A DNA stretch of 32,413 nt, from IMG/VR virus record IMGVR_UViG_3300012665_000298, positions 1 to 32,413 of that record. One strand, 5' to 3'. Position numbers and translations under genes: made by a program. This DNA comes from a virus (lineage: Duplodnaviria; Caudoviricetes). Below the pieces are notes generated by a model. That model worked only from the letters and a program-made list of their open reading frames with translations. It made no database searches and was not told the DNA's origin. Shown piece by piece: positions 9,733-20,300 of the stretch. Position 1 is the first letter of the stretch. The number at the start of each line of letters is the position of its first letter.

Positions 9733-11043
9733 ATGTCTTATTACTTAGATGCCCCATCACTTGGATCAGCAACAGCGGTATATACCGATGCCGCATTAAC
9801 GATATGCGCTCCTGATGGGTTTTACTCTGACACGTTAATTGTTAGAGAGCTTGTTGGGTGTGTATTGCAACCACAGCAAATATGTAAATCTTGCGGTGTG
9901 GCTTGTGGTACTGACTGTAGTAATACAGAGTTAAAGACAGGTGTATACAAAGTTACAATTGATTTAGGTAATGATCCGACAAGTATCGGAGCAGTAATCG
10001 TTAAGTTTGATCCTCAAAGTTTTCCAAAGGGAATTGAGGCTGAATACGATGGAATAGTATACAACGCGTTAAGTTCTCCAATATATGGCTTCCTACAGGG
10101 GGCACTTGGTTTTCCAACGTATATCGGTGATGTAGATGATGACTGTGGTATAACAACAGGGTTCCATACGTTAACAAACTACACATTTAATCCATCTACG
10201 TTAGTATATAGTACTAATGGTACTACTCAGATTGTAAACATATTTCCTTCTCAAGTACAGACTACAATAAATAATCCTGGAGAGTGTGTGTTTGTTATAC
10301 CAAAGGCATCGATTAATCCTTCGTCATTAACGATTACAGTATTCTCTCCGTGTAGCTCTTCATTTACTTTAGATGTAAGCTGTCCAACAGTTCTTCCAAT
10401 ATTCTATGGTGGTCAAGGATCATCATTGCCGTCACAAGCTTGTGAGTATCAGGATACCATAGCATATTACAGTGCGCCTGTAAATGGAAATGGAACAATA
10501 CTTGGTCTATTCGATTGGGTATTCTTAGATGTCAATGGAGAGTTTCATGCACCGGATGGTTACTACTATGCACCTACCGCTTTAACTCCACCATACGAGT
10601 GGTTTAGATTAGAGAACGGTGTTATCGTTGAGTTTGGTCAGTGTGGTTATAATAACTTTATTATTGAGCGTTGTGCAGATGGATTACAGTTAGTTGCTGA
10701 CTCATCTATAACAGGTGTAAACGTAGGTGACTTTGTAAATATATCAGATCCATTCTACGGAGGATGCGTGTTCCAAGTTATGTCATATACGTCTGTTACT
10801 AACACAGTAACCATTGATGCGGACGTAGCCATTACAAGTTGTGAAGAGGTATGTGTTAGCTACAAGGTAGATAACTTTACGTTAGACACTTACAGTGTAG
10901 ATTACATAGATTGTGCAGGAGCATCTCAAACAACTACCGTATCAGGATCAACAATCATATACGTATGTGCACGAGTAAACTCGGTAGTAGTAGATGGATC
11001 ACCTGCAGGTGTAGTAGTATCATTAGAATCATGTAGTTGTTAA
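9733..11043 (+). CDS. Cys-rich, beta-rich virion appendage protein (putative receptor-binding/tail accessory)
   Basis: 436 aa rich in T/S/G/V/C with two APDG[FY]Y motifs. Its C-terminal module is homologous to the C-terminus of the upstream protein. Confidence 0.55.
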   Translation: MSYYLDAPSLGSATAVYTDAALTICAPDGFYSDTLIVRELVGCVLQPQQICKSCGVACGTDCSNTELKTGVYKVTIDLGNDPTSIGAVIVKFDPQSFPKGIEAEYDGIVYNALSSPIYGFLQGALGFPTYIGDVDDDCGITTGFHTLTNYTFNPSTLVYSTNGTTQIVNIFPSQVQTTINNPGECVFVIPKASINPSSLTITVFSPCSSSFTLDVSCPTVLPIFYGGQGSSLPSQACEYQDTIAYYSAPVNGNGTILGLFDWVFLDVNGEFHAPDGYYYAPTALTPPYEWFRLENGVIVEFGQCGYNNFIIERCADGLQLVADSSITGVNVGDFVNISDPFYGGCVFQVMSYTSVTNTVTIDADVAITSCEEVCVSYKVDNFTLDTYSVDYIDCAGASQTTTVSGSTIIYVCARVNSVVVDGSPAGVVVSLESCSC

Positions 11044-11053
11044 AAATAAATAG

Positions 11054-11884
11054 ATGTCAGAATATACATTAGCATATAGCGAAAAAGTAAAGGGGTGGAC
11101 ATCGTTCTACTCCTTTATCCCCGATTGGATGATTGGGATGAACAACTACTTCTATACGTTCAAGGGAGGTAATCTATACCGACACAACGTGAATCAAACT
11201 AGGAATACGTTCTATCAAAGTTGGTGGACTCAAGAAGGTCATCCTGAAAAAGCATTTGAACCATCTACATTACAGACGGTATTTAACGATGTTCCACTTC
11301 AGAACAAGTTGTTCAAGACATTAAACATAGAGGGTGATGACGCTTGGGCAGCAACTATGCAGACTGACATTCAGACTACAGGATACATCGAGTACCCATG
11401 GTTTGAGAAGAAGGAAGGTGCATGGTTTGCATTTGTTCGTAATTCCGGAACAGTTCCGGCACTTACAGATGAGTACGCGTTGCGATCACTGAATGGTGTA
11501 GGACGAAGCGCGTCAATCACTGGCCCGGCTGCTGCATTGCAGATTAACTTCTCCATTGCACCGTTGGTTGCTATTGGAAGTATTGCAAGTATTGGTGACT
11601 ACCTTTACTACGCATTGCCACCATATACCACTCCTGTACTATGCGGTGAGATTACAGGAATTACACAGGACTATCCGGCAGGTGACAACTACTTTGTGGT
11701 AGACACTACGTCAGGTGGAGCTATTCCACCTATTCAGACACCGTACTTCTTATACATCAAAAGTTCAGTTGCTGAGTCACATGGTGTACTTGGTCACTAC
11801 TGCGTGGTTAATTTAGAGAATAGCAATACGTCAAAGGTTGAACTTTTTGCTATCGAGTCAGAGGTAATGAAGAGTTATCCTTAA
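11054..11884 (+). CDS. Probable C-terminal part of the muzzle/stabilisation protein, encoded as a separate gene
   Basis: Begins TLAYSEKVKGWTSFYSFIP and contains KLFKTLNIEG and FEKKEGAWFA, motifs I recall from the C-terminal region of one-piece stabilisation proteins. Confidence 0.6.
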   Translation: MSEYTLAYSEKVKGWTSFYSFIPDWMIGMNNYFYTFKGGNLYRHNVNQTRNTFYQSWWTQEGHPEKAFEPSTLQTVFNDVPLQNKLFKTLNIEGDDAWAATMQTDIQTTGYIEYPWFEKKEGAWFAFVRNSGTVPALTDEYALRSLNGVGRSASITGPAAALQINFSIAPLVAIGSIASIGDYLYYALPPYTTPVLCGEITGITQDYPAGDNYFVVDTTSGGAIPPIQTPYFLYIKSSVAESHGVLGHYCVVNLENSNTSKVELFAIESEVMKSYP

Positions 11885-11891
11885 TTTTTAA

Positions 11892-11899
11892 TATCTTTG
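11892..11899 (+). promoter_or_regulatory. Bacteroidota -7 promoter element (TAnnTTTG)
   Basis: TATCTTTG in the short intergenic gap, 18 nt before the ATG at 11918. Same TAyCTTTGTA context as the site at 3343. Confidence 0.65.
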
Positions 11900-11917
11900 T
11901 AGATAAATAATTATATT

Positions 11918-12826
11918 ATGATTGGAGCAGTATTAGCAGGACTTGAACTAGCATCTTCAGCGGCAGGGATAGTTGGATCATTTACTCAAGCAAATAAACA
12001 AAAGAAATTTTACGAAGAAGCTAAAGCTGATGCAGCCAAATCAATGGTTGCAGCAAAAAAAGCCATTAACGTAAATTATTATAATAATCTTGCTATTCCA
12101 ACTCAAGCATATGAGATGGAGAGAGATTTGATAAATGCAGCTTCTGCTCAAGCAACTGAAGCAGGTAGAGAAGGTGACCAAAGAGGCGTTGCTGCTACAG
12201 CAGGACGCGTTCAGGCTGCTACAGCAGACGCAGCAAGAGGTGTTAGAGCTGATATGTCTAAGGATTTATATAACCTAGATAAACTTACTCAAGAAGAGAA
12301 CAGTCGAATTGCAACTAAGTTAGCAAGCCTTGACTTAGCTGAGGCAGAGGGAGCACAGTTAGCAGCGGCAGATGCTCAAAAATCAAGAACTGCTGCAATT
12401 ACTCAAGGTTTTGCAGGAGTGGCAGACTTCGCAGGTAAGGCCGCAGGTATGCTTCCTTTGTATGAAAAAACAAAAGGAGCTAAGATGTTTGCTAACTTGC
12501 AAAAAGATTATCTTCAGGCTGGTCAATCAGGTAAATTATCTTCAGATTATTTGGATGAATCAGGAAATCCAATAGATTTTCAACAAGCAATTGTTAAGAT
12601 GGGAGGATTTGGTGCAAACGTAGGAAGCTTAGATGCTAATAAATTTCAGAATTATATTACAAGTCTTCCTTATGAGCAAATGCAATCTGCATTTCAAGAC
12701 AAATCATTTATGCCAACTGAAACTAGTTCAAATGAATATTATTTAAAAGGAATGGAAGTAAATCCTATGGAAGATTTTGATCTTTCTTCTGTAATCAGTG
12801 GTTATAAAAATTTGCAAAAAAAATAA
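11918..12826 (+). CDS. Putative ejection/internal virion protein 1 (small, Ala/Gly-rich)
   Basis: Hydrophobic Gly/Ala N-terminus (MIGAVLAGLELASSAAGIVG), Ala/Gln-rich coiled coil and a second Gly/Ala segment. First of three genes of rising size after the tail genes, as for podovirus ejectosome genes. Confidence 0.65.
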   Translation: MIGAVLAGLELASSAAGIVGSFTQANKQKKFYEEAKADAAKSMVAAKKAINVNYYNNLAIPTQAYEMERDLINAASAQATEAGREGDQRGVAATAGRVQAATADAARGVRADMSKDLYNLDKLTQEENSRIATKLASLDLAEAEGAQLAAADAQKSRTAAITQGFAGVADFAGKAAGMLPLYEKTKGAKMFANLQKDYLQAGQSGKLSSDYLDESGNPIDFQQAIVKMGGFGANVGSLDANKFQNYITSLPYEQMQSAFQDKSFMPTETSSNEYYLKGMEVNPMEDFDLSSVISGYKNLQKK

Positions 12827-12829
12827 AAC

Positions 12830-14380
12830 ATGGCAACATATTATAAGTATGCTGAGCAAAGTGCTGATAGTCAAATAAATTGGGCAGAGATAGGTAAGAA
12901 CCTATCCGATACGCTTCAAGAAGCTAATAAGATACGAGAAGACAAAAAGGAAGCACTTAATCAATCTACTCGTGAGTTTTCAAAGACATTAGCTAATTCA
13001 CCTCAAGGAGAAGATGCTTTAGCAAATCAACGGACATTAGACTTTGCAAGTGATATGACTGAATTAATGTTAATTCAAGAAAACCTTTTTAAGTCAGGTC
13101 AGACAAAATTTAAAGACTACGCTATTGTAAGACAAAACTCAATAGATAGTACAGAGCAATTATTCAATCTATCTAAAGAGTATCAAGAAGAGTATCAAAA
13201 GAAGATGGAAAGGATGAAGGCAGGCACTTCATCTAAAAAAGAACAGCTTGAAATGGAGCAAGTTGAGGGGTATTCAAACCTATCAACTATGAAGCCATAT
13301 ATAAATCCAACAAACGGTAATGTTAGCATGGCTAAGGTTACAAAAAAAGAAATTGATGGAAAGATTGTTGAGGTTATGGATGAGGATCCAAATAATTACA
13401 TAGGTGTAAACGATGCTAGAAATCGAATAAAATCTTATTGGGATAAATTTGATGTGACAAAAGCTCTAGTTGATGTTGAGGCTGTTTTAGGATCAGATAT
13501 AGGGTCATTTAGAAAAGCAGGAGGTCTATTTAAAGCAGGTGAGATAGTTACAACAGAGGATGTTACAAATAAAAAAGATTTTGAAGATGCTAAAAACTTG
13601 TACGTAAAAGCAGAAGATAACTTTATAACGGGACTTCTTTCTAATGGATTTAATGTTGAATCAGTTTTATTAGATCACAAAGTATTTGCTGAAGATGGAA
13701 AAGAGTACAATTATACATTTAATAAAGACGATCAATCTCCTAATAAAATATTAATGAAGGTCGTTAATGGCACATCTGTAATGGATGAAGAAGGTACATA
13801 CTATAAAGATCAGTATAAGGCATCAACAGATTACATGAAAAAACAGTTGCGTGTTATGCTTGATAAAAAAGTAAATATCGACACTTACAGTGAGCCTGCT
13901 AACTTTGCTCCTAACTACGGGACTGGTAGTGGAGATGAGAAACAGAAAAAAGCTGAAGCTGCAAATATGTTAGGTTATTTCTACTATGGTACACCTGCTC
14001 AGATGAAGGCAGCAACAAACTACTTCAAAGGAATTGATCCATCGATTAAAGGTATTGTTCGTGCTAATGATAGAATTATCATCGAAAGACAGACTAAAGA
14101 TGCCAAGGGGAATGTTACAGGTACAAATTACGAAAGTGTTTATATGCAACAAGGAGGTAAAAAATTATCTCAAAAAGAATTTATTCAGTCTGCATCACCT
14201 GAATTAGCAGGAATAAACGATATCTTTACAGGACTTGAACAAGGAAGCTATGTTGAAGGTAAACCTTTAAGTCAATATGAACAATCTATTATACATAGAG
14301 ATGTTAGTGCTGAGGAGAATATGCAAAAAGGCGGTAAGGGAACAGGTAATATAAGTACTTCGCAGTACAATCCAAAATAA
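12830..14380 (+). CDS. Putative ejection/internal virion protein 2
   Basis: 516 aa with a helical N-terminal half. Position between the small and the giant cargo genes. Confidence 0.55.
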   Translation: MATYYKYAEQSADSQINWAEIGKNLSDTLQEANKIREDKKEALNQSTREFSKTLANSPQGEDALANQRTLDFASDMTELMLIQENLFKSGQTKFKDYAIVRQNSIDSTEQLFNLSKEYQEEYQKKMERMKAGTSSKKEQLEMEQVEGYSNLSTMKPYINPTNGNVSMAKVTKKEIDGKIVEVMDEDPNNYIGVNDARNRIKSYWDKFDVTKALVDVEAVLGSDIGSFRKAGGLFKAGEIVTTEDVTNKKDFEDAKNLYVKAEDNFITGLLSNGFNVESVLLDHKVFAEDGKEYNYTFNKDDQSPNKILMKVVNGTSVMDEEGTYYKDQYKASTDYMKKQLRVMLDKKVNIDTYSEPANFAPNYGTGSGDEKQKKAEAANMLGYFYYGTPAQMKAATNYFKGIDPSIKGIVRANDRIIIERQTKDAKGNVTGTNYESVYMQQGGKKLSQKEFIQSASPELAGINDIFTGLEQGSYVEGKPLSQYEQSIIHRDVSAEENMQKGGKGTGNISTSQYNPK

Positions 14381-14396
14381 TATTTAAATTTACAAG

Positions 14397-17300
14397 ATGA
14401 ACGAACAAGCACTAAACGATGCATATAAACTTTTCTCAAGTAAAGGTTATAGTGGTGATATAAATCAGTTTAAATCTTTAATGGCATCTAATGGAAATGC
14501 CTTAAACGATGCACATAAACTCTTCTCAAGCAAGGGATACAGCGGAGATGTCAATCAGTTTAAATCTTTAATAGGTGTTGGTGGGCAATCACAAGTAAAA
14601 AAAAAAGCTCCTTCAGAAGGATTGGAATCAAAAAAAGCTACGAAGGGAACTTCGGTATTATCTTTGGAAGATTTTTCATCGGTATCTCCGTCAGAAAATT
14701 ACAATAAGAAATCACTTTCTCAGACATCTAAAACAGGACAGGTATTTAAAGGTTATCCCGGTAAAGGTGATAAGGAATACCTATTTGAGAATGGTAGATG
14801 GTATGAGGATAACTCAAAAAAACAATACTTAGAGGGTCAGATAAAAGCCTTAGAGGAGAGAAAATCGGGATTAAAAAGCATTGAGTCTGAACTTGAAAGA
14901 AAGTTAAGCGCAAAACCTATTGATAAAGCTATTGCTGAAAAGAAAAAACAATTATCTCAGTCTAACTCTAAGAACTTAATATCTGATCCATTAAGAGTAA
15001 CTGCCTTAAATAAACACTTCGGTAAGGAGGCAAGTACATCTCCATCATATAAAACATTTGTTGGTTATCCTGGTAAGGAGAAAAACCAATACATGATATC
15101 AGGTGATGGGAATTGGATGAGAAAGGAACCGGGCCAAAAAGAATGGCACACACTTACAGATCCTACAGCTGTTACCGCATTAAATCGTCAGTTCAAACAA
15201 AACGTCAAGGTTCTTCCTAAAGACGTAGCCAAAAAGCTTACTACTGAGAATAAGATTAAAACTGATTTCAATAGAAAGATTGATACTGTAATTACATCTA
15301 AGCTTACTGATGAGTCAGAAGAAAGTGTAGTTGATACATTGACTAAACAATTTAAAGGTTCAGGGTTTACATTTTCACAAGAAAAAATTGGGTCTGATCG
15401 AGTTTTAGTTACCGCTCCAAATGGACGGGACAAGAAGTTGATAGTGACAGACAACTGGACTTGGAAAGAAGATAAAGAAGCGGCATCAGACTTAAAGGCG
15501 TTTATGCGTCAACACGGGGATGCGGCATATAGCAAAGCTGAACAAGATATTGCTGAAAGTGAAGGTTACTTCTTGACAAAGGATATAAACGCTAAACAAG
15601 CTGCATTAAACGCTGGCTCAGGTCAGATGCAACCTGAACAACGTGATCTTAAGATAAATACTGATGGTAGTATTGAATATGCTGACACAGAACAATTAAA
15701 GCAAGAAAAAAAGAAAGCTGTTTCATTAGACATAGAGGAAAGACTTAAAGCTCCTGAGGTACGTAGAGAGTACATGAATCAGAAAGCTGCTCAATTTGAC
15801 GAAGTAAGAGATCGATATAAGACTAAAGACCTGTCAGATGATGATTTAAAATATGCCTATGCGCAAATTAAATCTGACGACAAAGAGATTAAAAGAACTA
15901 ACGACTTTGTTACTGACATCAACAAGTACACTAAAGACTACAACAAGAGTAAAGAGTTTCATGAAGGATACGTTGAAGACATTCAAAGCAAACTTCGTTC
16001 CGGAGAGATTACAATGGAACAGTATGAAGCAGAGTACAAACCAAAGATTGAGGAAGAAGATGCTCGATTAAAGTCACAGAGTGCTGACATATCAAAAGAC
16101 TTAAGTAACCTTCCAAAGGTACAGTTAGCAATGGACAAGTCTGTTGCTCAGAACTTTATTATTGCTGAATCAAAGGGTAGTATTGCTGGTGGTATGACAT
16201 ATAACTTTGCTAAAGGTTTAACTGACATTACTCGTTTCTTTGGTGTATCTAAGGAGGAGCAAGACAAGATGATCCGTGAAGCAACGGGTATATTAACCAC
16301 TGAAGAGTTCATGAACTCAGGTGATAGAAGTGATATATCTAAGGCAATGTTCTCTATTACTGAGTCATTAGGAGCAGGTATATACAAAGCGGTTCCAGGT
16401 ATAGGTCAGGCATTAACAGCTGCTAGTTTATATAGCATGGGTTACTACGAGTTGAAAGATGACTTAGACAGTGCTGTAGGAAAAGATGGTAAGCCATTGG
16501 ATATTAGTGAGCGTGACAAGATTGTCATGTCAGGTCTTTATGGTGCAGCATCTGCAGCTTTAGAGAGTATTGGACTAGATGCAGTGCTTGGTAAAAGTAA
16601 AATTGTTAATGGTGTAACAAATAGAATCATTAAGAATGCACTTAAGTCAATACCAAGGAATGCGTCAAAAGAGTTTATAGAGGCAGCTATTAATAGCAGT
16701 GCTAAGGCATACGCTGCAAACTTTGCAACAAAGACATTAATAACACAGGCTACAGAAGGAGTTACTGAGGCAGCTCAGAACTTAGCAATGGCAAGCACTA
16801 AAGAGGTCTATGACCAATTGAATGAGACTGATTACTTTAATAATAAGAGTGGTTGGGAGATTGCTAAGGATGCCATGTACGATGGGTACCTTGGAGCATT
16901 GGGTGCAGGTGTTACACACGTAGCTACGCAAGCTCCTCAAGCAATTAAATTAGGTGTAAACTCGGTATACAAAAAACCTGAGATTGAGATGCTAATCCAA
17001 TCTGCTAAGACAGTAGGTATGGATCAAGCTTTGATTACAAACCTAAAGGCTAGTATATTAAAAGGAAAGGTATCTAAGGAAGAGGCTAAGGATATATTGA
17101 ACTCATTCCAAACAGTTCAATCAAAGGTTGAGTCAATGACACCTAACCTATCTGTAGACCAACAGTCTGTGACTCTTGACTTAATGTTAGAGAAGGACAG
17201 AATTTCAAAAGAAATAGAAGGGAAGGACCCGAATCTCGTTGTAGTTCAAAAAGCAAGAATTGGCGAGATAGATAAACAAATTCAAAAAATTGGAGAAGAT

Positions 17301-20300
17301 GCCGTTCAAAAGCAAGCAACAAGTGAAGTTCCTGTTCAGTCAGAAACCGGAGTTGGCGAAAAAGTGGAGGGAGGAGTACCCCAACCAACCACTGAGCAAG
17401 TTACCGAAGAAGTTGTCGGAGAAGAAGTTGAAAGTGAGCAAGCTCAAACAGAGGTCACTAAACAAGAAGCGTTAAATAAAGAACGAAGTAAATGGGAACA
17501 ATTATCTCAATCAAATAAAAAAGGTGTAGCACAATCTGCAGCACAAGCACTAGAAGCATTTGATGAAAATCCTGTTGAGTTTGTTAAAAGAGAATTATCA
17601 GGTTTTGAAGAAGGATCTAAAGAATATAATGAGTACAAAAATCTTTATGATTTATTAACAGCTGAAGCACCTGTCGTAGAAACTGCAACAACTGAGGCTG
17701 TGTCTTCAAAGACACAGGAGACAGCTCCAAGTACTGAGTCTGAGTTAGACTTTGAGGTTACACCTGAGGTAAACCAAGAGGCTGATGCACTTGAGAAGTT
17801 ATTGGCTGATGAGGGTATTACGGTAGAAGCACCGGTGGTAGAACAACCTGTGGCTGAAGAGGCAGTAGTTGAACAGCCTATGGCTGAAGAAGTTGCTGTT
17901 GAAGAAGAAGCTGTAGTTGAAGAGATCCCATCTCAACCTGTTTCTGAAATGCCTTTAACTAATGTAGACTTGAAATCTTTAAATCAAGAAAAGATAAATA
18001 GTATCTATGAAGCACTTCCTAAGGAGACAAAAGAAAAATATTTCCCAGCAGGAGTAGATGGTATAAAGTCAAGTAGATTCGTATCTAATCTAAAATCTGC
18101 ATTAGGTGAAGTAAAAGCAATTAAGGCTATAAGACAAGAGGCCGCACCTGTATCTGAACCATCCGGGAAAACCGGACAGTTGCCGATTACAGAAGAAGCT
18201 CCTGTAGCTGAAGCTAAACCTACTGCAAAACCAAAAACTGCTAAGAAGCTTACGGTTAAGGAGATTGTTCAAAAGTATAGTGATCACATCGACTCATTGA
18301 TTAAGGCTGAGAAAGAAAAATCGGATAGAAAAATTGTTCAACTTGACAACCAAAAAAACTCAGCAAGAGAAGAAAGACGTAGAGAACTTAATCAAGAGAT
18401 TGAGAATTTAAAGATTGATTTCATAGCTAAAAAAATTAGCTTAGAGAAAAAGAAAAACGATAAGCAAGCTGCTAAAGATTTCAATGAGAATCCTGCACGC
18501 TTTAGAATGTCTGAGGGTACTCAGGAAGAAGCTGATACAAGAAATGATGAGGATGCTATCGTTGCTAAGATGAACGAGGCAAGTGCTGAGGAGAAGGGAT
18601 TAACGAGGGGAGAAGTTCCTGAGTCGGTTGAGGTTAATCCAATTGAAGAGTCATCGTCATTGTCTAAGGGATTAGACAAGGTGTTGAAGTTCTTAGGTTT
18701 AAAAGACAAGAACTCATTACTTAAAAAGATTGAAGACTTTAACGGTATACCAATGATACTTGGTATGTCAGATATGTTAGCTGCCGGAACGATTAAAGAT
18801 TCCATGGGTGGCGACATGGTCGTAGATGGTGGTTTACTATACAACACTCTAGGTAAGAATGTAGGTCTAGCTTGGGCAGGTGTAACTGAAGATGGAGCTA
18901 ACAACCAAGTTAAACAAGCGCGTGAGCTTTACGAAGCAAACAAAGAGTTGTTTGATAGATTGTGGGCCGAAGGAAAGATTCCTCAAGGACACGTACCTAT
19001 GGCAATTATGCGTATGGGTAACACGGCTGTGAACTCAAACGAGGCTGTGTTTAGATACTTACTTCCATTAGTAAAAAGTTTACCATTAAAGAATAGAACA
19101 GCTGCGCTTAGAACCTATATGCAGACCTTACAGTCTAAGGCTGAGGGTAACGCTGCATCTTATTGGTTTACTGAGCTAGATGAGCAGATGGAGATGGGTA
19201 ACGTGGCTTCTAAAGAAGACGTTATATCTTACCTTGATAAATTAATTGAGGAGGAAAATAAAAAAGAAGTTCCTTTAAAGGCTAAAGTAGATAAGATTAA
19301 TTCTTTCAGAAATGCCATTAAGAAAAATAAAGATGGTCAAGAGAGAACATTTGATGATATAAGAGAAGATCTAAACGAAAGATTAGAGAAGATTGTTCCG
19401 GTCATGTTAGCAAGTTACATTAAAAGTAACAAGATTAAGACATTGGATGGATTCCTTGAGGCTGTAGTTAATGAATCTAAGAAAAGAGCTCAAGGTGATA
19501 AAAACATATTCTCTTTACCTGTTAGATCATTTATATTCAATAGCTTAGTATCACCTGAATCAACTAAAGGTGCAAATAGTTTAGCTGTAATTAAGACCTT
19601 ATTAGATGGTGTTAAGAAAGCTGATCCAACTATATTTACTGCTAGACATATATACGATGCCATCGGTGAGAAGTCAATGCTTAAGGCAAACCAAGGTGAT
19701 GTAGTTGGTATCATGGGTATCAAGGTTGTTGATGAGAATGGAAATCCTGCAGGTGGAGCTAAAAAAGCTGATCACAATAACTACGGTTACGGTCCGGAAG
19801 GAAGGGTAATCGCATTGATTAAAAATCCTAAACAGGGTATCGATGTATTCCCTGAGTTTAGAGCTAAGTTAGCGCGTGTATTTAAACCAAGTAAGACAGG
19901 TGTATATCCAAAGATAGACAACGCTATCCAACAAACAGGTGGAGCGTTCTTTATGGATGCAGCCTTTAGAGGTACTGCTCCGGCAGTAGATGCTATGTCT
20001 GACCTTAAGGTATTGATTGGTAAGTTAAGATTTGCATTCCCTGAGGTAAGCGTTGCTACGACTCAAGAAGAGTTTGACAACTTCTTAGAGCAAGAAGGAA
20101 TTAGAGCACGTGAGAAGGATGGTAAGGTTATCTATGGTGTTACCAAGGATGGTCGTATCTTCTTAAACCCAACTGAACAAACATTACGCACACCTATTCA
20201 CGAGTTCGGTCACATTTGGATTGACTACTTGCGTTCTACTGCGTCAGGCAAGAAGGGTGATATGCTACTTCAAAAAGGATTTGAGTTAGTAGATGGAACA

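Noticed and set aside
12811-12832. A8 run and in-frame TAA-AAC-ATG junction between cargo genes 1 and 2 (possible fusion by readthrough)
   Set aside because: TAA is rarely read through, and the A-rich stretch is explained as the translation-initiation leader of the next gene.
14605-14832. +1 frame open for about 75 codons after the A10 run
   Set aside because: No upstream start, and the sequence looks like a shadow frame. It would matter only if slippage removes an A; the -1 frame is the more protein-like one.
15853-16071. 72-aa +1 frame ORF inside the giant gene
   Set aside because: Thr/Leu/Lys-rich shadow of GAC/AAC/GAA codons, with no family resemblance and no codon anomaly in the main frame, unlike 17299-17475.
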